Part shown: positions 53,979 through 64,000 of the stretch, one piece after another
Numbering within the stretch: position 1 is the first letter of the stretch
Layout: the number at the start of each line of letters is the position of its first letter
NCBI RefSeq assembly: GCF_009914755.1
Contig: NC_060936.1
Length of the DNA: 64,000 bases
Strand: one strand, 5' to 3'
Source of the DNA: the human T2T-CHM13v2.0 reference genome, Homo sapiens
Translations under genes and position numbers: made by a program
Notes under the pieces: model-generated
The model's database searches: none
Seen by the model: only the letters and a program-made list of their open reading frames with translations
Told to the model about the DNA's origin: nothing

Positions 53979-55461
53979 AAAAGAACAATATGTGATCAAG
54001 TGGTATTGGTCATAGGAATGATAGTTTGGTTTAATATTTTAAAAGTCAATCAATAAAATTAACCATATTAGTAGGCTAAAAATAAAAAGCTATATGACAA
54101 TGTTTATAAATACAGAAATAGAATTTGATAACATGCAACATCCAATCATAATAAAAATGCTCAAAAAACTAGAATGGAAGAAAACTTTTTCAACGTGATA
54201 GAAGAAATTTACAAAAATAACCCTATAACTAACATCATACCAAGTGATGAAAAACTGAATGCTTTCCCCTTACTATTGGAAACAAAAAAGGATAGCTGTT
54301 CTGTCCCCTGCTGTTCAACATTGTACTGGAAGTCTCAGCCAGTGTAATGAGGCAATTAAAAATGAAAAGAATGCTGATTGAAAAGGGGGGCAATGAAACT
54401 GACTTTATTCACAGATGGCAGGATCTTGTATGTAGAAAATAGTAGGAATATACAAGAAAGCAACTAGAACTAATAAGTGAGTTCAGCAAGGTTACATAAT
54501 ACAAAATCATTATAAATCACAATTATATTTCTAGTTATTTCCAATGAAAAATTAGAAATTTTAAGTAACAAAAATTCTACTTATGTGCAAGACATGTACA
54601 TTGAAAACTATAAAATATCATGCCCCAAAAATGAAAGAATACCTAAATAAATGGAGAGTCAAAACATGTTCAAAGACCAAAAGTTGCAGTAATTTAGGAT
54701 GTCGATTCTCTTCCATTGATCTATACAATCAATGTAATTTTAATCAAAGTCCAAGCTTTAAAAAAATTTAACAAGTTAATGCTAAAAGTTATGTGGAAAT
54801 GCAAAAGACTTAAAACAGCTGAAATCAACTGGGAAAAGAACAAAATGTCAAGACTTAATACTATTTGATTTCAAGGTTTACTTGTTACTATAGTAATAAG
54901 ACAATGTAATATTGACAAAAGAAGAGATACAGATTAAGGAAACAGAAGATACAGTCCAGAAATATCACAAATGTGGAATCAATTGATTTTTGACACATCT
55001 GCTGAGGTAATTCACTAAAGGAAATAATAGGCTTTCTTTCAACAAATGGTATTGGAACCTTTTGAAATCCAAACGCAAAAAGAAATTAGCTTCAAATATT
55101 ACCTCACACTATTTATAAAGCAATAATTCAAAATGGAGCATAAGACCTAAATGTAAGAACAAAGACTATAAAACTGCTACTAGCAAATATAAGAAAAACT
55201 CTTTGTGACCTTTGATTAGGCAAAGATTTCTTAGATAAGATACAAACAGCCCAAACCATAAAAGTTGATAAATTTTCCCAAATTAAATATTTTCTCTTCA
55301 ATGGACATCATTTTAAAAAATGAAAAGATAAGTGAAGATTGGGAGAAAACATTTGCCAAATATAGCTGATAAAAGATTTTCATCCAGAATTTATAAATAA
55401 ATCTTATAAACCAATAACAAAAAGACAAAAAAATCCTATTTTAAAAAACAGACAAAAACTA

Positions 55462-55960
55462 TTTTACAATAACAAAGACATGGAATTAACCTAAATGCCC
55501 ATCAATGGTAGAATGGATAAAGAAAATGTGGTACATATATGTCATGAAATACTATGCAGCCATAAAAAGAACAGAATCATGTTCTTTGCAACAACATAGA
55601 TGGAGGTGGAGGCCATTATCCCAAGCAAATTCATGCAGGAACAGAAACCCAAATACCACATATTCTCACTTATAAATGGGAGCTAAACAATGAAAACACA
55701 TAAATATGAGGGGGGGAACAACAGACATTGGGGCCTACTTGAGGGTGAAGGGTGGAAGGAAAGAGAGGATCAGAAAAAAATACCTGTCAGGTACTATGCT
55801 TATTACCATTGTGAAGAAATTATCTGTATGCCAAACCCCTCATGATACACAGTTTACCTATATAACAAACCTGCACATGTACCACTGAACCTAAAAGTGT
55901 TTTTTATTCTTAAAAATTAAAAAATTATAAAAATAAATAAGATTTAAAAATTAAAAAAAT
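55462..55960 (+). mobile_element. 5'-truncated L1PA15/16-like 3' end, nested in the L1M
   Basis: ggggcctacttgagggtgaagggtggaagg...gaggatcagaaaaaa...tttacctatataacaaacctgcacatgtacc. Flanked by aaacagacaaaa / aaacaggcaaaa. Confidence 0.82.
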
Positions 55961-56780
55961 TTTTAAACAGGCAAAATATTTAAATATTCATGTCACCAAG
56001 GAAATATATAAATGGCACATAAGCGTGTGAGACATGTTCCAAATCACTAATCATTATGGAAATGTAAAGTAAAACCACAATAAGAGCATTACAAACTCAT
56101 GGGATAAGTTAATTAAAAAAAAAAATGTTGATTCCAAGTATTGGGGAAGAGAGACAGCTCTTGTGTATTTCTGTAGGGAATGCAAATGATACAGCCACTT
56201 ATCCAGCAATCTTGATCCATATGATCCAGCAATCTTGCTTCTAGGTACTTATCCATGAGAAGTGAAAATATGTTCACAAGAAAACTTGCATGCAAATCTT
56301 CACAACAACTTGATTCATATTATTCCAAAACTTGAAACAACACAAATGTCCATAAACTGTTAAATGGATAAGCAAATTGTGTTACAGCCATACAATATAC
56401 TACTACTCAGTCACAAAAAGCAATAAATTACAGATATATGCAACAAAATAGATGAATCTCAGAAATATTATGCTAAATGAAAGAAGCTGAACACAAAACA
56501 CTATTGTGTCATACCGTGTGATTCCATCTGTATAAAATTTTTGAAAAGGCAAAACTATAGTGACAGAAAACAGATTAATCATGGCAGGAACTGCTGTAGA
56601 GGCAAAGGGTTGGTGGAGAAGGCAGGAAGGAGACCAGCTTCAGAGTTGATGAGAATGCTCTGTATTTTTATTGGACTAGTGATTACATAGGTGTATATAT
56701 TTGTCAAAATTTTTCAAATTATACACTTAAATTCTTGACTTTTATTCTATGTAGATTATACTTCAGTAAAGCTGACTTTT

Positions 56781-57116
56781 TTGTTGCTTGTTTTGAGACA
56801 AGGTCTTTCTCTGTCACCTAGGCTGGAGTGCAGTAGTGTGATCACTGCAACCTCTGCCTCCAGTGCTGCTCACTGCAACCTCTGCCTCCCAGGCTCAAGT
56901 GATTCTCCCACCTCAGCCTCCTGAGTAGCTGGGAGGGACTACAGGTGCATACCACCATGCTCAGCTAGTTGTTACTTTTTTTTTTTTTTTTTTTTTAATA
57001 GAGACAAGGTCTCACACTACATTACCAGGCTGGTCTCGAACTCCTGGGTTCAAGTGATCTTTCCGCCTCAGCCTCCCAAACTGCTGGAATTACAGGCATG
57101 AGCCACTGTGCCAGGC
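56781..57116 (-). mobile_element. AluJb-like with an internal 20-bp duplication
   Basis: Antisense dimer; tcactgcaacctctgcctcc occurs twice. TSD cagtaaagctgactttt / caataaagctaatttt. Confidence 0.88.
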
Positions 57117-58584
57117 AATAAAGCTAATTTTAAGAATACATGTACTGCCTAAAATATCCCTGAGATTGTCTGAAATTGTTTCATATGAAATGTAAGGCTG
57201 AAGATATTTAGAACAATGTGAAGAAGCCTCTAAAAAATTTGCAGAAATCGTAAAGAGAAGACCATAAAAATGTGAGACAAAGGAAATCACACAGAATTGA
57301 AAAGTTACAAATAGGAAACAAATAAGTGGAGACTCTCGACGAAATCTTTAGAATGTAGGTCAACTTCAAATAATGAGGAAGGGAGAGCAAAACTAAATGA
57401 TAGAAACACGGATAACCAGGAAAAGAGAGAGAGTGAATGTGAGCAACCCACATTGTCACTAGACAACAGGTTTGTAAAGCTGGTTCTAAAGCAATTTTCT
57501 TCCATATTATGTATAGACCCCAGAGGTAGGGTATAGATTCCTCCATGTGAACAGTTCTTGTGCTTTCCTGAAACAACAGAACAAGCTTCAGAGGGCTCCC
57601 TCTTTACCAGCTAGCAGCAGAAGAGGGGCAAATCAACAATGCCTAATTGTTTTACAGTTGAATGGGGTTTTGTGAGTGTTTCAGCATTAAAGGCAAGAAA
57701 CAGTCACTAAAAAGGAAACTTCAAATTCTACCTGCCGATGAGGAAAGGAATGCTTTGCTGAAGAGAAAAGATGTTCAAAAATGGAAATGAGCAATTTCAA
57801 AATCAGATATGGTAAAGGAAAGAGTAAAAAGGAAGGAAACATGAAAGGGTTTAGAGAGGAAAACAGGAAAAAAATATTTTGGAAAGCATTTTCAAAGGAA
57901 GTCTATATTTCCAAAATAAAAATAATTGGTCTTGAGGATGAGCTCATTAAAATAAGATCCTTAACTAGTTTCTGAAAATAGAAACCACAAGACAAAGCAG
58001 AGACATCATGAGGCATGTCTCACCTACTAGGCAGATGGTGAAAGGTAACAGGAACTCTCAGAGCAGAGGTGAGAGACAGGCAAGATAGGGGTTGGAGGTG
58101 GCCAGCACTGCAGGGATGGAAGAGGGAAGCAGGCAGGAAAAACAACATACAGTTTCCTAAAGACCACAGTAAAAGACTTTTGGAACTACTTGTCACAAAT
58201 TCTAGGGGGCCAGGTGAGGTGAGAGAGGGGTTAGAAAACAGCCAGACAGCTATAGTTATGAAGAAATAGTCTGGCAGTTCACATTCTTTCCTATGTCACC
58301 TGCACGTCTTAAGATCTGCTGCACCCAATGTTCACACTCTCACATCTTGCCAATTTCTTCCCCCACCCTGTGCATTCTTTTTTCAGTGACACCAAAACTC
58401 ATGCGTGTTTGTCCCTTTGTACTTGCTATTTTGCCCTTTGCCGTGAATATTCAAGGCATTTCCCTCTCAATTGTCACCTTTTTGGAAAAATTTCCCAGAT
58501 GTTGTCTCATTACTCCAAACAAGTAATTCTTATTACTCCAAACGAGTATTTTGAGTTGCTATAGCTCTTCCAGTAAATATCATA

Positions 58585-58830
58585 AAATAATAAGCAATGC
58601 TGCCTCTATTGAGCACTTATAATGTTCTGAAACTATAGTTGGTGCTTTACTCATGTTATTCCTAATCTTCATTAAAAAAAATAAGATGGGTGCAATGGTC
58701 TTCATTTCACAGATAAGCCATCTGGCCACAGGGAGTTTTGTAGATTGACTGAGGTAACACACCTAGTAACTGTTGAGAACTGAGCCCAGATCTGTCCAGC
58801 TCTAGAGAGCACTTTCTTTTCCATTTTGCT
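58585..58830 (-). mobile_element. MIR
   Basis: tattgagcacttataatg...catttcacagataag...aggtaacacacctagtaa...cccagatctgtccagctctagag. Confidence 0.7.
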
Positions 58831-58859
58831 GGGCTATTTTTCTCACCTTTGTATTAGAC

Positions 58860-59035
58860 TTAAACTTTGTAATTATTTTTTTGCACATCTATATCTTTTA
58901 CTAGATGGTGATCTCTTTCAAGTTGAGACATGGTAATTCATCTATATCTTTCCAATGCCAAATATACTGCATACTCCGGGTTTAGTAAATGTTTCATAAT
59001 ACATGAATGAAGAATGAATGAATAATAAATAAATA
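58860..59035 (+). mobile_element. L2 3' end
   Basis: ctagatggtgatctcttt...ttagtaaatgttt...tgaatgaagaatgaatgaat. Confidence 0.55.
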
Positions 59036-59619
59036 ACTGAGAAGTCTCCATAGTGAGCATGAAAACAAAGCAGTGGATGTCAGTTATATAATTAAGATAT
59101 GTAATGGTAGCAAACTCTCAAACTCTAATTCAGTGTTTAACTCATTTTAAAAACAGATTTAAAAATAAAACACACAAATATGTAATATGTATAAAAATTC
59201 AAGACAATGTAAACCACTTTCATATAAACATTTGCTGCCAGTCTCACTTGTTTAAACTCAGACCTCAACAGAAAATGTCTCCTGCCACATCTGTGCCTAC
59301 GTCTGAACTTCACTGTAATGCGTCCTTGGTTTTGAAGATGATTCCTTTGCATATTTACTTGATATTTCTACTCGTATGAAACCCCCAATTGTTTACATAG
59401 CTATAAATGACAGTGACAGTGAAGTGGATGACTGGGGCAATTAATCAGAAATTTAGGGAAATATAGTGACATGTTTTATCCAAGAAAATAAATGTAATTC
59501 TTTACTTAATGTGAATGAGGACTAAGCTTTTTTTTTTCAAATGAGCAGCAAACAGTAGCATATGGTAAGCTGTATTTTTGTTTGCAATATTCATCTCTTT
59601 CTCTGTTAGATCGAATATA

Positions 59620-59998
59620 TCAGCCCGATGCTGTCTTCCATGTAGTTTTCATATATTTCTCTGCCTTTTTGACTTTGAGCTTGGCCATGAGACTTTCCTT
59701 GTCAATAGCCTGTGAGAAGACATGCTGTTCACCACAACTGAGCATGAGTTTTGGAGACATCATGTGATTCTACCAGCTCTGTTGCTCTTCCCTCCTTGCT
59801 ATGACAATGGCATGTTCCACAAAGGGGCTGAAATAAGAAGACATGCGGTGCTGAGCCCAGCAGAGCCAAACAAAGTCACGGCAGCTGCAGCCAACCCATA
59901 AATCCTGACATATCACTTGTCCAAAAAAATCAAAGTTTGTTTTTGTGAACCACTGAGATTTGGGGGCTATTTGTCACTGCAGGAAAGGTAACTAATAG
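59620..59998 (+). mobile_element. MLT1 (I/J-like) LTR
   Basis: ggccatgagactttcc...gaagacatgcggtgctgagcc...ccactgagatttggggg...gtaactaata. Confidence 0.65.
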
Positions 59999-60466
59999 AT
60001 AGGAATTTACTGAAAATAAAAGAGCAGTATTATGTTGCTTCCAAAAGTGGGAAAACTAGCCTACTCCCCAATGTTATATGAAATTTTACTCTTGGGTCCC
60101 AAACGAGCACTCCCTGTACCCAGAGTTTCAAAGAAATTACTTCAGTTCGTCTCTCTATCAGGACTTTATGTCACTTCAAGAAGACACTGGATTTACTTCC
60201 TCCCTTGTTCTCAAATGACAGTGTTCAAAAATCAAAACCAAAACAAACAAACAAAAACCTCCACCTTTTACCTCTTGCCAAAAAATACCAGTGCGTATGA
60301 ATTTATGCAAGTAGATACCAGAAGTGGTCACCAGGCCACTAGTCTTGCAAACTGCCACATTCTGAAACTCATCCAAATACAAGCTAGGGCACCGTGTTCT
60401 ATCCTCTTTTTATAGATGAGGAAACTGAATCCCCAAGTGATTACCGTGGTAAGTTTCCAAGGCCAC

Positions 60467-60842
60467 TGCTGTAAGACCTTCAAATTCATGTGTTGAAACC
60501 CTACCCCCAGTATGTAAGAATATGACTATATGAAGATAGTGCCTTTAAAAAGGTGACTTCATGAAAATGAGACAGTTAAGGTGAGCCCTAATTCAATCTA
60601 ACAGTTGTCTTTATAAGAAGAAGAAATTTGAACACAAAATGAGAAACCAGAGAAAGACCATGGGAGGACACAGCAAGAAGGTGGCCATCCCCAAGCAAAG
60701 GAGAGAAACCTCCAAAGCAACCAAACCTGCTGACACTTTGATCTTGAACTTCTAGCCTCTAGAACTGTGAGAAAATACATTTTGCTGTTTATGTCACTCG
60801 ATGTGTAGTATTTTGTTATGGTAGCCTCAGCAAACTAATACA
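60467..60842 (+). mobile_element. MLT1A0/B LTR
   Basis: caaattcatgtgttgaaacccta...gaggacacagcaagaaggtggccatc...cctgctgacactttgatcttgaacttctagcctctagaactgtgag...gcaaactaataca. Confidence 0.85.
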
Positions 60843-62152
60843 GTCAATAAATTTTAAGTAGATAAATTTTAAATTTAGTCTACAGAACACCAAAGCTTAA
60901 TTATCTCCACAAACAGTAATTGCCTGCCTCTTCTTAACTAATATTGGCTTATTACTTGTGTTTATTTATGTAGAGGTAGGAGCCTACTGATAATAATAGT
61001 TAAGCAGCATTTATTGAGCACTTGCTATGTGTTACAGTGTGAAGAGTTTTGCCTGCAAACAGGCTGGATCAGATTATGAGAAATGGGTAAGCTGCTAAGA
61101 AAAGGAAGTCAACTGCCTTTCCAAGTCCTACTCACAATTCCAGATTCAGTTCTACTTCCATTCAGAAAAATTCACTGACTCTAACAGGGATACTCCACCT
61201 AAGATTTCCTATGGAGTCCTGTGTTTCTTCCTATGGTGATTCTTATTGAATTTTTTAATTGCTTATACCTGTTTCCATACTGGACACTAATTTTTTAGGT
61301 ATCAAAAACTGTGTTTTCACTTCTTCATTCTCACCACCTTGCAGAGTACCTGGTACTTTATAAGCATTAAATATTTTTTGTTGTTGTTCTTGAATTGCTG
61401 CATTGTAGCTCTTTGTTACCATTTGTTACTAAAGAAAATTGGCAATAAAAGATGATTTCACTGACTTGAATTTTTTTTTAATTAAATGCATCCACCTAGA
61501 ATGAGTAAAATCTTCCTCTTTTATTCAAAGGAGTAGGGCCCATTTCAATCAGTGCCAAATACTTTTGAGCAATATTGAGGAAATATTTTTAAGAACTACA
61601 AAATCTTATGAGTCAGACAGAGAAAAGTAATCTATTTTCATTATATTTTTGCCACATGCAAAGACTTTTGTTATAACACTTTAACTTTCATTTAAAAATC
61701 TATCATCACCACTGTAAGTTAGGAAGCAAGGAGTGGTAATGACAGAATTTTAATTTTTTTTCATGGGCTAACATAGCTTAATATATAGATAATCATGCTT
61801 GGATAAATACTTGATGAAAGAATGATTGAAGATAAATATCAAATATTTCCTTGCGTCTACTTTGGTACCATAATCCTCTCCAGTGATCTCTCTATTTCTT
61901 TACTTTTCTTCACAAAAGATCTTTTTAAGTAAGTTGCCACTTTCACTGTCTCCACTCAACCACTGCCAATTTGTTTTTTCCCCACCCCAGGTAGACTTCC
62001 AGTCTCACCCCTGCACGGATATCTCTCCCATGAGGTCATCAGTGACTCCATGTTGTCTAATCCAAGGAATATTTTTCTGCCCTCATCTCTCTTAACTTTC
62101 CAATGGCTTTTGACACAATTAACTACTCCACCTTTCTTGAAATATCTTTTAT

Positions 62153-62460
62153 CGTAGTCCTATCTCTTCTGGTTGCCAGTAACAGGAACATGACTCAAAC
62201 CAACTTATGTAAACACAAAAGGAATTTATTGGCTCTTTTATCCAGGAAGTTCAAGGAATGGTGCTAGTTTAAGGCATCATTGGCTCTAGAGGTTCAAACA
62301 CATATTATCAGAAACTTATTTATTTTTCTCTACCTCTCAGCTTACATTTCTGCTGTTATCTCAGTTTTTAGGCAGGTAAACCTCACATGGTAACAAAGAT
62401 GGCTATTGACAGTTCTAGACTTTTATCAATCATCCTTGTCTTTCCTGGTCTTAGTAAACT

Positions 62461-62508
<48 letters not shown>

Positions 62509-62705
62509 ACATGCCTCTTTCCTGTGAGTATCAGTGGGAGTAGTGAGAAGGCTTTAATTGAGCAAGTCTCATACCATGCCCAACTGAGAGCAGAGACTTG
62601 GGGAGGGTCTTGTGTGTTGGGAGAGAATCAGCTCCACTTAAACTGTATGGATTAAGATTTAAGAAAATACACTCATCTTACACAAAAAGAAAACACACAT
62701 AGGTA
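62153..62705 (-). mobile_element. MLT1 (J/K/L-like) LTR
   Basis: tggttgccagtaacagg...actcaaaccaactta...aaaaggaatttattggctc...aggcatcattggctctagaggttcaaac. Confidence 0.65.
62464..62507. repeat. (AC)22 microsatellite
   Basis: Perfect AC run. Confidence 0.95.
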
Positions 62706-63586
62706 CTATAGCTTCTGTAACACTCCTCTCTCTTCTATTGTCCTTGTCTGCTCTTTTTCAGCCTCCTTTGCTGTCTTCAACTCTAAGTGTTGGAGTAACT
62801 GAGCTTTGTGCTGGGTCATCTTTTGTTTTCTGCTCACTCTCTCTTCCTCACTGTTGTCTAAAACGCTTCTAAATCCACAGTTTACATCTACTTGTGAAGC
62901 TGCTGACTTCCCATGTTTATAGCTACAGAAGCAACTTCCCCCGAGTGCCTTCTAACTGCTTATTTGAAATAAGCAGTCAGATTTCCACATGAATATCTAT
63001 ATGCATTTCAAATTTATAATAGTGTTCTTGTTTTCCGCCCAAACCTATTATTTTCCTGAGTCTTTAATATCTCTTTAAATGGTGCCAGCATCCATCAGTT
63101 GCTTAATCCAAAAATGCAGAAAACAACCTTGTATTCTATTTTTCTCTCAATTCCCATATCTAATTCACCAGCAAATTACACGATTTATGACACCAAAATA
63201 TATCTCAAATCCATCTTTTCATCCGTTCACCAACACTGCCATCACCCTGTCTAAGCCACCCTAGTCTATCACTCAGATAACAGCAATAGCCTATTAAATT
63301 AAATTGCCTTCTTGCTTTTACTCTTCCCCTTCACTATTCCAGTTTTGTACTGAGCAATTGAAGTGATCTTTCTGTCATCTCTTACTTCATCTTTTTAAAG
63401 TTTTATTCACTATATTACAGCCATGCTGGTCTCTTTTCTGTTTCTTCAATAGGCCAAGCCATTTTTTTTTCCTCAAAATCTTTGCATTTGCTCTTTCCAC
63501 AGCAAAGAATGCTCTTCTCCCAGTCTCTGTACTTTTCAGTTCTTATCTTAAATAGTCTGTCTTTAGAAGGGCCTTTCTTTACCACC

Positions 63587-63960
63587 TGTCTTGGTCATCT
63601 TGGACTGCCATAACAAAATACCATAAACTAGGTGGCTTATCATCAACAGGAATTTATTTCTCACAGTTGTAGGGGCGGGAAAGTTTAATACCAAGATGCC
63701 ACCAGATTTGGTGTCTGCTCTGGTAAGTACCCACTTCTTGATTCGCAGGCAGCAGTCTTCTTGCTATGTCTGCACATGGAAGAAAGAGTGAAGGAGCTCT
63801 CTAAAGTCTCTTTTATCAGGGCACTAATCCTATTTATGAAGGCTCTGCCCTTATGACCAAATCACCTCACTAAGGCCTCACCTCCAAATACCATCACATT
63901 GGGGATTGGGTTTCAGCATATTAATTTGAGGGGCGCATAAACATTCAGTCTACAGGACCA
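63587..63960 (-). mobile_element. MLT1A/MSTC-type MaLR LTR
   Basis: tgtcttggtc...ctgccataacaaaataccataaactaggtggctta...gggcactaatcc...ccaaataccatcacattgggg...aaacattcagtc. Confidence 0.85.
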
Positions 63961-64000
63961 CTCTATGTAAGTTTATTTTCTCCTTAACTTACTTAATTCA

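Larger units (their letters stand above)
51881..57135 (+). mobile_element. Old L1M (L1ME1/MD-like): ORF1 remnant, ORF2 and 3'UTR
   Basis: tttggaattccagaa (ORF1); gcattcaccaaaatagacatattccag (EN); ctggtgaattctaccaa and ttttatgaggccagcattatcctgacaccaaaacc (RT); L1ME-type 3' end at about 56500-56780. Confidence 0.82.
61960..63586 (+). mobile_element. L2, interrupted by an MLT1 LTR
   Basis: aggtcatcagtgactccatgttgtctaatccaa...tttgacacaattaactactcc, resuming at about 62710 through tttgcatttgctctttcc. Confidence 0.65.

Overview
This is 64 kb of AT-rich, CpG-depleted, repeat-dense primate DNA. It is almost certainly human, because it carries a near-consensus AluYa5 at 23860-24174. I see no CpG island, no rRNA or tRNA, and no recognisable intact protein-coding gene; the ORF track is explained by Alu, L1 and Hsmar1 fragments plus noise. 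Repeats include about 11 Alu/FAM elements, many MIR and L2 fragments, MaLR and ERVL LTRs, a full-length dead Hsmar1 mariner, a Charlie1 fragment, a probable piggyBac MER75 MITE, and a 13-kb nested L1 complex (44045-57135). The signals repeats do not explain are: (1) four closely spaced minus-strand exon-like segments at 476-1349 that splice in one frame with only two stops, a candidate decayed gene or lncRNA; (2) a 277-bp, 98%-identical templated copy of 16618-16894 placed at 18059-18335; (3) two ~80-bp, ~80%-identical elements at 37711 and 38808 with unrelated flanks; (4) several small local duplications, including a tandemly duplicated FAM. Subfamily calls come from recalled consensus sequences, and boundaries of old repeats are approximate. 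I could not identify the locus or any host gene.
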